Assembly (NCBI GenBank): GCA_001189215.1
Contig: LFCR01000004.1
Coordinates: 95,391-159,390 of the forward strand
DNA length: 64,000 nucleotides
Reading direction: 5' to 3'
Origin: Parcubacteria bacterium C7867-008
GTDB lineage: Bacteria > Patescibacteriota > Minisyncoccia > Phycocordibacterales > Phycocordibacteraceae
In this document: positions 39,973 through 48,540 of the stretch, piece by piece
How the letters are laid out: every line of letters starts with the position of its first letter
Numbering within the stretch: position 1 is the stretch's first letter
Notes under the pieces: generated by a model
Database searches by the model: none
The model's input: the letters and a program-made list of their open reading frames with translations, nothing else
What the model was told of the DNA's origin: nothing
Position numbers and translations under genes: made by a program

Positions 39973-40158
39973 TCAGTTCGGCACGAACTTCACGTCGGCG
40001 GAGACTTGACCGATAGGCGGCGTCCAACCGAGCTGCGGGTGGAAGTGGGCAGTCTGGATACCCACGAGGAAGGCCAGAGCCGCGCCAGCGACCATGATGC
40101 AGGTCAGAAAGCGGCGTTCGAAGGTGTTAGGCGAAGGTGCGATGCGCGTGCGCGCCAT
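39973..40158 (-). CDS. Cassette 7: small single-TM protein (GC-rich)
   Basis: TTGACA-N17-TATTAA promoter (40225-40253); TM segment FLTCIMVAGAALAFLVGI. Confidence 0.6.
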   Translation of the reverse strand: MARTRIAPSPNTFERRFLTCIMVAGAALAFLVGIQTAHFHPQLGWTPPIGQVSADVKFVPN

Positions 40159-40264
40159 GTGCGTTCTCAATGCTGTGCGACCCTGCGGATCGGCTCATTC
40201 CTGCACGATGCTGGAACTGATAGGTTAATACAACTATTTAAATATTCTGTCAATTAAGGACAAA

Positions 40265-40292
40265 GGTTCCAACATCGTCCCAGACTGCCAGC
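40265..40292 (+). repeat. 28-bp array repeat, copy 7
   Basis: Identical to consensus. Confidence 0.97.
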
Positions 40293-40374
40293 AGCTAACT
40301 ATCAATATATAAAAGAAACCGCCCCACTACTGAACGCTGTGAGGCGTCTCTTGTAGTGAGGCGGTGTGCCCCGA

Positions 40375-40833
40375 TCAAACCGAGATCGGAATGGTGATGT
40401 CGAGGATCTCGAGCGCGAACTCCCAATCCTTGGTTTCAGCCACATCCGAGCGCGTACGGGCCCGTCGGTGATCAGCCATCCCAGGCCAGTCGAGCATGCG
40501 TCCCATCTGGGTGACCCAGTCGTACCGATCACCGTGGTGGTGGCCGTCGGTGCAGATCACGCAGGGAATGCCCTTTGCGTTTGCCAACGACATGACCGCC
40601 ACACCGCAGGGCTCGAGGATATTGTTGTCGACGCCATTAGAGTTGCCGCTGCGACCCTGCGGGAAGAAAAGGTCGGTGATCACGTGCGTGATGCCGTACT
40701 GCTCGCTCTTGAGCAGGGCCTGTTCGGCGAAGTCCAGGTTCTTCACATGGATGAACTCGATGCCGGCACGCTGCAGGATGTTTATCGCATCGTCGGCATG
40801 ACGTGCAGTGTCTTCAACGAGCAGAATCTTCAT
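40375..40833 (-). CDS. Cassette 8: atypical receiver-domain protein (GC-rich)
   Basis: MKILLVED, VITDLFFP, VICT; TTGACA-N17-TAATAT promoter; SD AAGGAGG. Confidence 0.75.
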   Translation of the reverse strand: MKILLVEDTARHADDAINILQRAGIEFIHVKNLDFAEQALLKSEQYGITHVITDLFFPQGRSGNSNGVDNNILEPCGVAVMSLANAKGIPCVICTDGHHHGDRYDWVTQMGRMLDWPGMADHRRARTRSDVAETKDWEFALEILDITIPISV

Positions 40834-40907
40834 TGCTGGCCTCCTTGGCCTTGTTTCTGAATCCTAGGCTTATATTACTACAGTATGTGTACTTTGTCAA
40901 GTAAAAC

Positions 40908-40935
40908 GGTTCCAACATCGTCCCAGACGGCCAGC
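40908..40935 (+). repeat. 28-bp array repeat, copy 8
   Basis: 1 mismatch. Confidence 0.95.
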
Positions 40936-40971
40936 TATTATTTATAAAAGTTATTGTGGCATAATGTTCAT

Positions 40972-41610
40972 ATGCCTGAAGGAATTAAAGATTGGAGAAG
41001 ACTTTTTGCCGAAGGAAGGAATTCAGACCCTGCACGTAAGGATGTTCCCGTTTCGCAAGAACCAGTGCTTGAGTCACGGACCAAAACAGAAGGTCATAGA
41101 GTGGAAAAAATTCCTCTCGAACCAACAGTGCTTTCACCGGTTCAGCTTACAAATACCAAATTCCTTGATAATCCTTCCAAGCGAAGACTTGTTGCTGGTG
41201 ACTTTAAAAGACTCATTCTTGATAAAGCACGTCCGGTAGTGCTACAGGATTCATTAACTTTAGAAAGATTTGATCTTTCTAAAGGAGACAAAGATAGAAA
41301 TATTGTTGCAGATGTTCCTGAAGAAGCTTTCTTTGCTGATGAAACGGAATTATATGCCCGTGTTGCACAACTCATATCTCTTGAAGAGAGCGGCTATTCA
41401 GGTATCCTCGCAACTGGTAGTTCGATGAATGTTTTTTATCTAAAAGGCAAGAAAACCGTAGTCATGGTGCATACTGCAATTTCCAACGCTACTCGCCAAC
41501 GAGTCTGGGTATCAGACGCTGATTCATTCGATGCGCCTGGACATCGTCCAGAAACTCGAGTCTTTTTAAAGAATATTGAATCAAAGGCACCAATTCCTGA
41601 TGAGACTTAG
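40972..41610 (+). CDS. Cassette 9: hypothetical protein
   Basis: Leaderless TGgCATAAT-N6-ATG. Confidence 0.7.
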   Translation: MPEGIKDWRRLFAEGRNSDPARKDVPVSQEPVLESRTKTEGHRVEKIPLEPTVLSPVQLTNTKFLDNPSKRRLVAGDFKRLILDKARPVVLQDSLTLERFDLSKGDKDRNIVADVPEEAFFADETELYARVAQLISLEESGYSGILATGSSMNVFYLKGKKTVVMVHTAISNATRQRVWVSDADSFDAPGHRPETRVFLKNIESKAPIPDET

Positions 41611-41625
41611 AGATATTTCTAAAAA

Positions 41626-41653
41626 GGTTCCAACGTCGTCCCAAACTGCCAGC
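41626..41653 (+). repeat. 28-bp array repeat, copy 9
   Basis: GGTTCCAACGTCGTCCCAAACTGCCAGC, 2 mismatches. Confidence 0.93.
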
Positions 41654-41723
41654 AATAAAAGAAAGATCGCCTACAGGAAGCGACCTTCCGTAAGCGATTA
41701 TGGTTTCACTTTGTCTGTGAATC

Positions 41724-42059
41724 TCACAGCTCCTCGAACTTTGTGCTCACCCATTCGGGAGTTACCTCAATTGTTGCCCGTTCAAGAACTTTTGCAATGT
41801 CGGGCGCGGGCATGACCGACGTCGTACCACACTTTTCGCAGTCTCGGCGCTGCGCAAGAGACTGCACACACTCTTTAACCATGTCCACATGTGGCGTAGG
41901 TGGATGTCTTTCGAAAGATGAGTATCCCCAAGCGGTATTCTCGTGGCTGCAGCAAGGACACACGAGAACGGCATCGAAACCAAGGGCTCTATTTCCAAGG
42001 GGCCCGCGAGGCACGAACCTGTGCCCCTGGACCTTTGGTTCCCAGCTCTTTAAATACAT
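41724..42059 (-). CDS. Cassette 10: putative zinc-ribbon protein
   Basis: CPCC and CEKCG motifs; SD AAGGGA. Confidence 0.65.
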   Translation of the reverse strand: MYLKSWEPKVQGHRFVPRGPLGNRALGFDAVLVCPCCSHENTAWGYSSFERHPPTPHVDMVKECVQSLAQRRDCEKCGTTSVMPAPDIAKVLERATIEVTPEWVSTKFEEL

Positions 42060-42112
42060 GACGTGTTCCCTTCAATGGAGGTCTGGACAGAACCTACCAT
42101 AGATTGCATAAA

Positions 42113-42139
42113 GGTTCCAACGTCGTCCCAGCTGCCACC
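42113..42139 (+). repeat. 28-bp array repeat, copy 10 (decaying)
   Basis: GGTTCCAACGTCGTCCCAG-CTGCCACC. Confidence 0.88.
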
Positions 42140-42158
42140 CTTTTGATATAATTAACTC

Positions 42159-42548
42159 ATGCACAAAGACATTCGGACATATAATTCTGCGCTTACAAAA
42201 GAGGATAAGAAGATCTGTAACACCTTAGCAAACGAGATCGATGCAAGTCTGCCAGAAGCTGAGAGCAAAATATGGCACAGGAGCCCTGTGTGGTTCTTGG
42301 AAGGCAATCCCGTGGTTGGGTATGCAAAACGTAAAGATAACGTTCAACTCCTTTTCTGGAGTGGTCAATCATTTGAGGAAAAGTGCTTAGCACCCGAGGG
42401 AAGCTTCAAGGCGGCACAAGCTCGGTACATCAAAGCTTCCGAAATAGAGCTGAAGGATCTAAAACGTTGGTTAAAGAAAGCAAAATTGATCCAGTGGGAT
42501 TATAAGAATATTGTCAAAAGAAAAGGGAAGCTGGTCCGCATTACATAA
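42159..42548 (+). CDS. Cassette 11: DUF1801 (YdhG-like) protein
   Basis: KIWHRSPVWFLEGNPVVGY, LLFWSGQSF, QWDYKNIVKRKG. Confidence 0.8.
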   Translation: MHKDIRTYNSALTKEDKKICNTLANEIDASLPEAESKIWHRSPVWFLEGNPVVGYAKRKDNVQLLFWSGQSFEEKCLAPEGSFKAAQARYIKASEIELKDLKRWLKKAKLIQWDYKNIVKRKGKLVRIT

Positions 42549-42585
42549 AACTTCCAACAATTGTCATGGCGCTATAATTAAACGT

Positions 42586-42897
42586 ATGAAGCTTGAAACT
42601 TTCCGCGCAACACCATTGATAAAGCAGAAGTTTGTATTGGTACGCGTTTCTCAGTCTAACAAAGAACATTTGCTGCTTTGGGGTAATCCAGATATTGAGT
42701 GGCACATGCAGATCATTGAAGAGATAACTAATGCAGGTCATGAGATAAAAGATATCCTTGGCGGCGGATGGCTACTATCAAAGCCAGAAGATAGAGTAGT
42801 TTACATCTGGGGGAAGAGCGATCGTCTTGGGTTGGCACCGATTGAATTGGTTAGGGAAGTGCTTGGAGACAGCGTTGTTGAGAGTGAACCAGAATAA
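42586..42897 (+). CDS. Cassette 12: Janus/Ocnus (PHPT1)-like protein
   Basis: KFVLVRV...EWHMQI...LGGGWL...VYIWGKSDRLGLAP. Confidence 0.6.
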   Translation: MKLETFRATPLIKQKFVLVRVSQSNKEHLLLWGNPDIEWHMQIIEEITNAGHEIKDILGGGWLLSKPEDRVVYIWGKSDRLGLAPIELVREVLGDSVVESEPE

Positions 42898-42950
42898 GGG
42901 TTTCAGCATCATGCCTGCAGAACACTATTTATTCTTAGGTATATTATTTT

Positions 42951-43238
42951 ATGAATCCTAAGCTCTCAAAGACAGTTTCACTTCTCTTGATGCTCACACC
43001 AATAGCACTCTTAGCTACATATTTTGGTGTATCAGTGACAACAGCAATTCCAAATATTCCGTTGAAAGTTATTGGCATAGGGTATTTTGCTTTAAGCGTT
43101 CTGTTTTCGATAATAAACTACTTCCTTAATGGTTTGCGCACCTTGCTCATACACTGTGCCGTTATCGTGGCAGGTACCATAGGAGTAGTAGTGTTCTACG
43201 TGCTACTACTTTTCTGTATGTTTCCTCTTCCGCTCTAA
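42951..43238 (+). CDS. Small 3-TM membrane protein
   Basis: Hydrophobic, AT-rich, leaderless-type promoter. Confidence 0.65.
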   Translation: MNPKLSKTVSLLLMLTPIALLATYFGVSVTTAIPNIPLKVIGIGYFALSVLFSIINYFLNGLRTLLIHCAVIVAGTIGVVVFYVLLLFCMFPLPL

Positions 43239-43320
43239 TTAAAAGCTTGTGACTGCACCCAGCCGTAATATATTTAATATTCTTGATTAAATAAGCGCAG
43301 ACAGGTGCTACACTTTCTTC

Positions 43321-43602
43321 ATGAAAGCCTTAAGTATAGTCTCCTTGTTGATTAGTGTGGGTTTCTTTGCCTTTGCTTGGTACATAGCTCTAAACTCAAC
43401 AAACGGCGGATACACATGGGCGTATATAACAGCAGTGTTCATATGCCTTATTGGCGCAGGATTCTTAGGAACTGGAATCGCCTTGTATAGAACTAGGTTT
43501 ATGGCAAATTCAATGATTCCTCCACTTATATTTGTAGGAGTTCTCATATTTCTTGCTGGGTTTGTCTTTTTCTATATAAAACTTGCCGTTCCAGGCTTAT
43601 AA
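43321..43602 (+). CDS. Small 3-TM membrane protein
   Basis: Hydrophobic; TGcTACACT-N6-ATG. Confidence 0.65.
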   Translation: MKALSIVSLLISVGFFAFAWYIALNSTNGGYTWAYITAVFICLIGAGFLGTGIALYRTRFMANSMIPPLIFVGVLIFLAGFVFFYIKLAVPGL

Positions 43603-43609
43603 AACAGAT

Positions 43610-44122
43610 ATGATTGCACGAATTCTCTTAGGTATCTGCTCCGTAATAAGTGTTCTGCTTTTTGTGATTATTGGATACGGCACTTCAAGTGAATGTTTAG
43701 TTGGTGACAATCCATTAGCTCAAATCCTTTTACTTCCACCACTCCTCATTCTTTGGTTTGGTTTATATTCGTCATTTAAAACCCCCACACTGCGACGTGC
43801 TGTATTCATTCTTCTTTTTGCATTATTCATCGCGTTCGTAACACTATATGGTTCAGGTACTTCAAGATGCAGTCCTAACGATAGTTCAAAGAAGGGCACT
43901 CTGCGAACTCTGCAAAAGGTGCTTTCAGAGTATTACGCTGACAACCACTCGTACCCTGAAACCCTTTCGGACTTCTCAGATTACATTGGTCCACGCACAG
44001 AAGCATCTGATATCAGGTACAGTCATACAAAAGACTCATACCAGATGTGCACTACCATTAAATACAAGTACTTCTACCACATACCACTAAATGCAGGGGA
44101 GGAGTATTGTCTAGGTTCGTAG
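43610..44122 (+). CDS. Membrane protein with pilin/GspG-like C-terminal domain
   Basis: 3 TM segments, then LRTLQKVLSEYYADNHSYPETLSD...YQMC. Confidence 0.6.
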   Translation: MIARILLGICSVISVLLFVIIGYGTSSECLVGDNPLAQILLLPPLLILWFGLYSSFKTPTLRRAVFILLFALFIAFVTLYGSGTSRCSPNDSSKKGTLRTLQKVLSEYYADNHSYPETLSDFSDYIGPRTEASDIRYSHTKDSYQMCTTIKYKYFYHIPLNAGEEYCLGS

Positions 44123-44138
44123 ATGATACAGTAGAGGT

Positions 44139-44573
44139 ATGAAACCAGACGCATTCCTTAAGACTTATTTCTGGCCCACGAAGGTTCGTGTGTTGGTATT
44201 TATGGTGTTAAGTATCTATGTGACCTTAAGTACTATGTTCCTTGCCCCATTCATGAATGACGAGCAGCCAGAACGACCGCTAACCGTGCTGGAACAAGTA
44301 GGCATGGTTGCAACCTATCCTTCAATGATATTCAGCAAGCCATTCATCTATATCTCTGGGAACCTATTTACTCAGCAGGTTACCCTAAGCGACCTCATGC
44401 AACAGCCAGGCAGTACGGCACTTCCACTAACTCCTAACGCAACCATTGAGAGCAGCACTATCACACAAGCAAGTCCTTTTGGGTTTGCGCTTGGGGCCAT
44501 CCTTGAATCTCTATCACTGTATATACTTGCGTGTTTGATCTGTCTCCCGGTTAAAAAGAAGAAAACGGTGTAG
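44139..44573 (+). CDS. Membrane protein, hypothetical
   Basis: TM segments; TGaTACAGT-N6-ATG. Confidence 0.6.
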   Translation: MKPDAFLKTYFWPTKVRVLVFMVLSIYVTLSTMFLAPFMNDEQPERPLTVLEQVGMVATYPSMIFSKPFIYISGNLFTQQVTLSDLMQQPGSTALPLTPNATIESSTITQASPFGFALGAILESLSLYILACLICLPVKKKKTV

Positions 44574-44602
44574 AAAGGAGAGGTTTGAGGTATGGTATCG
44601 CT

Positions 44603-45643
44603 ATGGAATCCATAGCAAGTAAGAACGTATTTGTTGGACTATCCGGAGGAGTAGACTCCGCGGTTTCGGCTGCACTCTTACAAAACGCAGGAGCGCATGT
44701 CACAGGAGTGTTTATTAAAGGATGGTATCCCCCTGGTATGCCGTGTACTTGGGCAGAAGATCGGCGTGATGCGATGCGTGTCGCTGCACACCTAGGCGTT
44801 CCATTTCATACGCTTGATGCGTCCACAGAATACAAACAAGGAGTCATAGACTATCTCATCTCTGAGTACGCAGCGGGGAGAACACCAAACCCGGACATAA
44901 TGTGTAACAGGGAAGTTAAGTTTGGAGCGTTCTACCGCTTTGCGAAAGAACACAACGCAGACTTCATTGCCACCGGACACTACGCACAAACAAAAGATGG
45001 TCAACTTTTTCGAGGTATAGATCCATCAAAGGATCAGAGCTATTTCCTATGGGCAGTGCCAAAAGAAGCATTGAGTCAAACACTCTTTCCGGTTGGAGGC
45101 CTGCCGAAATCAGAAGTACGTGCTCTTGCAGAGAAATTCAATCTTCCTGTTGCGCAGAAGAAGGATAGTCAGGGAATTTGTTTCCTAGGATCTATTTCCG
45201 TTGATGAGTTCCTGCGCAATGAGCTGAAAACAGAAGAAGGTGATGTGCTTGATGAGACGGGACAAAAGATTGGCACACATGATGGCGCAGTTCTCCACAC
45301 ACTTGGTGAACGCATTACACCTCACGACGCGGAACAGGGTCCTTGGTATGTGGTCCGTAAAGATCTTGCAATAAATGTACTGGTGGTGAGACACGGATCT
45401 GCGGCATTTGAAACACCACCAGCAACGCTCACTCTACGAGACACTAACTGGTTTACTCCAGATGCCTTAGAGGGAACACTTGAAGCACAGTATCGGTATC
45501 ACGGTTCAGTTACTGCAGGTACGTACGATAAGAAGACCTCAACATTTACTCCAAGCGTACCGCTTCCAGAGCCCATTGCAGCTGGGCAGTCTCTTGTGTT
45601 GTATGTAGGGGATAGCTGTATTGGAGGTGGTATTATCGAGTAA
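44603..45643 (+). CDS. mnmA: tRNA 2-thiouridylase MnmA
   Basis: SGGVDS, TPNPDIMCN, ATGHY, KDQSYFL, KDSQGICF. Confidence 0.96.
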   Translation: MESIASKNVFVGLSGGVDSAVSAALLQNAGAHVTGVFIKGWYPPGMPCTWAEDRRDAMRVAAHLGVPFHTLDASTEYKQGVIDYLISEYAAGRTPNPDIMCNREVKFGAFYRFAKEHNADFIATGHYAQTKDGQLFRGIDPSKDQSYFLWAVPKEALSQTLFPVGGLPKSEVRALAEKFNLPVAQKKDSQGICFLGSISVDEFLRNELKTEEGDVLDETGQKIGTHDGAVLHTLGERITPHDAEQGPWYVVRKDLAINVLVVRHGSAAFETPPATLTLRDTNWFTPDALEGTLEAQYRYHGSVTAGTYDKKTSTFTPSVPLPEPIAAGQSLVLYVGDSCIGGGIIE

Positions 45644-46474
45644 ATGCCAGACATTGTTAAAGCAGACGGAACCGTTGAAACGTTCGTCCCAGAGAAGCTA
45701 GAAGAATCACTACGCCGAGCGGGTGCTGGCGCAGGTGCTGCCGAGAAGATACGTCGCACCATTGAAGCTAGTATTGCTCCAGGTTCTGAAAGTAATGATA
45801 TTTATCGTCGTGCGTTCCAGATGCTTCGTCGTGAAGGGCATGCAGCGGCGGCTCGTTATAGTCTTCGTCGCGCGCTCTTTGAATTTGGTCCCTCAGGGCA
45901 TCCCTTCGAAGATTTTGTTTCAGAACTATTTAAGAAGGAGGGGTGGAAAATTGAAACTCGACGATTGATCGCTGGTAAGTGTGTAACCCATGAAGTGGAT
46001 GTGTATGCGACACGTGGTAACGAAACACTTGCTGCTGAACTTAAATACCATAATGATCCTGGGTACAAAACTGATGTGAAAGTAGCCCTGTACGTAAAGG
46101 CACGCTTCGATGATATTTGGCAGTGTGATCCTGCGGTAAATAAGTCATGCCCAATTGATCGAGGGTATCTCATCACCAACACCAAGTTCACGTCCCAAGC
46201 AGTAGATTACGCGACCTGTTCCGGACTCAATCTCCTTGGATGGAGCTACCCCCATCACGGCAATCTCTATGACCGCATTATTGCTAGCGGTCTATACCCA
46301 ATCACTGCACTCACCACCGTGCGGAAGGCAGAGAAGCGTCTTCTCATTGATAGGAATATCTCCACTACTGATTTACTTCGTCAGCACCGTGAACTCCTAC
46401 GAGAAATCGGCGTAACTCCTGAACGTGTTGGCTCCATAGTGGCCGAAATAGAGACGTTAAACGATACCCTCTAG
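45644..46474 (+). CDS. ATP-cone plus restriction-endonuclease-like (Mrr-type) protein
   Basis: IVKADG..F.PEKL ATP cone; PSGHPFE, HEVDV, AELK. Confidence 0.78.
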   Translation: MPDIVKADGTVETFVPEKLEESLRRAGAGAGAAEKIRRTIEASIAPGSESNDIYRRAFQMLRREGHAAAARYSLRRALFEFGPSGHPFEDFVSELFKKEGWKIETRRLIAGKCVTHEVDVYATRGNETLAAELKYHNDPGYKTDVKVALYVKARFDDIWQCDPAVNKSCPIDRGYLITNTKFTSQAVDYATCSGLNLLGWSYPHHGNLYDRIIASGLYPITALTTVRKAEKRLLIDRNISTTDLLRQHRELLREIGVTPERVGSIVAEIETLNDTL

Positions 46475-46495
46475 AACAGGATATACTGGGGGTAT

Positions 46496-47296
46496 ATGGC
46501 AGAATTTCGTAAGCAATATAATCCAAACCGAAGTTCAGACTGGAACTATGGCGGACCCAAATGGCGTCTCTCACGTTCAAAGATTGAGTTGTTTACCGAG
46601 TGTCCTCGTTGCTTCTATCTAGACAATAAACTGGGTACTGCACGTCCTCGTGGTCCTGCGTTTACCCTTAATATTGCGGTGGATGCACTTTTGAAGAAAG
46701 AGTTTGATGTGTACCGAATAGACGGCACCAAGCACCCGCTGATGGAGGCGTATGATATCAACGCTGTTCCGTTTAAGCACAAGAACATGAATACTTGGCG
46801 CGAGAACTTTGAGGGCGTTGAATTCAAACACAAAGAAACTGGCTTCACGATTTCAGGTGCAGTGGACGATATATGGGTTAATCCAGAAGGAGAACTTATT
46901 GTTGTGGACTACAAAGCAACTTCGAAAGAAGGAACAATCACTACACTCGCCGATTCTTCTTGGAACGAGCAGTATCAACGCCAAATGGGTGTCTATCAAT
47001 GGCTCCTTCGTAACAATGGATTCACGGTGTCTCCAACCGGATACTTTGTATATGCAAACGCAGGGAGTGACAAAGCAGCGTTTGATGGACAGCTTGAGTT
47101 TGAAGTAACGGTAGTGCCGTGTGAAGGAGATACCGCATGGATCGATGATGTTCTTCCAAAGATAAAAGATGCACTTGATAGCGAAGCACTACCGCCGGTG
47201 GGTGATGCCTGCGAGTTCTGCGTATACCGAGAAGCATCAGGGAAGAAACTTCAGGAGCTCTATAAGAAGAGTCTGCAGGTAAAGAAAGTGGGCTAA
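46496..47296 (+). CDS. PD-(D/E)XK nuclease (AddB/Cas4-like)
   Basis: LSRSKI..F.ECPRC, GAVDD, VDYK, QMGVY, CEFC. Confidence 0.85.
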   Translation: MAEFRKQYNPNRSSDWNYGGPKWRLSRSKIELFTECPRCFYLDNKLGTARPRGPAFTLNIAVDALLKKEFDVYRIDGTKHPLMEAYDINAVPFKHKNMNTWRENFEGVEFKHKETGFTISGAVDDIWVNPEGELIVVDYKATSKEGTITTLADSSWNEQYQRQMGVYQWLLRNNGFTVSPTGYFVYANAGSDKAAFDGQLEFEVTVVPCEGDTAWIDDVLPKIKDALDSEALPPVGDACEFCVYREASGKKLQELYKKSLQVKKVG

Positions 47297-47346
47297 ACAG
47301 AAACCCCGCTTGCGCGGGGCTTTGTGACTGCAACCATTCTGGTCAG

Positions 47347-47565
47347 TCAGTCGTCCGTTGGCCTCAGAATGCCGACTGCAGTGTGGCGATCATGCGACAC
47401 ACCATCGATCACCACATGGGTGTAATCGGGACGAGCGGTGAGTGCGATTAGCGCCTGTTCAGCGTCTTGGACGTGAGCTGTGTGCGTGACACCCTCCGTC
47501 TGCGCCCACTCTTGCATCGCGTTACCGGCTTGTTTGGCCCTGGACTCAACAATTAGGACTTTCAT
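47347..47565 (-). CDS. Truncated receiver-like protein
   Basis: MKVLIVES...YTHVVID; SD AAGGTG; own terminator. Confidence 0.5.
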   Translation of the reverse strand: MKVLIVESRAKQAGNAMQEWAQTEGVTHTAHVQDAEQALIALTARPDYTHVVIDGVSHDRHTAVGILRPTDD

Positions 47566-47698
47566 GATGCACCTTTGTTCAATAGCTGTTGCTGTTGTAT
47601 CACGAGCTGTATCTTCTGTCTAAACCGTAATTTGATAAATATTAAAAATGTGTTATTCATTATTCAGCGCACATTAACGTTTACCTGGAGAGCTCATC

Positions 47699-48436
47699 TT
47701 GTCCGCACAACATATTCTGACGGCCTCATCGTGGTTTGATGCCGGCAAGCGCCTTGCTGATCTGACGCAAGATCCACAAGCAATAGAAGTTATACAGTTT
47801 CTTGGCCGGCGCCTCACAGTAGGGATGGCAAAAGAAGATCGTATCGTCCGGCTCAATTCAGATCCATCGAATGCGACTGTGTTGATACCAGTTATCGGGG
47901 TTGATAAGCTTTCCAAACTAGGCCAGCTTGTTAAAACCCCCGCCATGTATATGGGCGAAATGGATATTCTGGTCATTGATGGTGATCTTCGGATCAGTCC
48001 CATCCTTATGGGTATCTGCCTGCTTCATGAGGGGCTGCATGCGCTTGAAGCCGAACGCAACCCCATTCTTAAGGAAGTTGCAGGAACACAGCAGGGGTGG
48101 GAACACGAGCGGGATGTTGTTGAATTCCAAAACAGACTTATGCAAGTGGTTGGCGGTCCTGGGTATGAACTACTTATGAATCGCCATATCAGTAACTTGA
48201 GAAGACATTACGCAAGCATAGGAGAATTGGTCGGAACGAAGCCTATGGGGAGCGACAATCTTCCACTTTGGCTTGAGGAATTGTTTGGTCCGGCGGCAAC
48301 GTCATACGAGGCCACGATTCGACACTCGTTCTTTATAACCCACGCACAAATGGAATTGGTCAGCCAAGATCGCCCTAATGAAGCCCAACAACTTCAGACT
48401 CAGATTGTGCAAGGAATAGCACCCACAGAAACCTAA
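47699..48436 (+). CDS. Hypothetical protein with HExxH motif
   Basis: LLHEGLHAL...E; SD GGAG before TTG; TTGATA promoter. Confidence 0.6.
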   Translation: MSAQHILTASSWFDAGKRLADLTQDPQAIEVIQFLGRRLTVGMAKEDRIVRLNSDPSNATVLIPVIGVDKLSKLGQLVKTPAMYMGEMDILVIDGDLRISPILMGICLLHEGLHALEAERNPILKEVAGTQQGWEHERDVVEFQNRLMQVVGGPGYELLMNRHISNLRRHYASIGELVGTKPMGSDNLPLWLEELFGPAATSYEATIRHSFFITHAQMELVSQDRPNEAQQLQTQIVQGIAPTET

Positions 48437-48540
48437 TTTATTGACTGCATACCAAAAGGGGTCGGCTCAGCGAGCTGACCCCGGACGGAGCAGTTTTTTC
48501 ATATCTAGTGTTCAACAATTTGGAGACGTATACTTTTATT

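Larger units (their letters stand above)
37006..42920 (+). mobile_element. Repeat-punctuated single-gene cassette array
   Basis: 10 clear and 2 decayed copies of a 28-bp direct repeat, with one gene between each pair. Confidence 0.8.

Noticed and set aside
37524-42139. CRISPR array interpretation of the 28-bp repeats
   Set aside because: Spacers are about 150-690 bp, irregular and contain whole genes; no cas1/cas2 in the window
37524-42139. Classical integron attC sites
   Set aside because: The repeat is not palindromic, lacks paired RYYYAAC/GTTRRRY ends, cassettes occur in both orientations with their own promoters, and no intI is present
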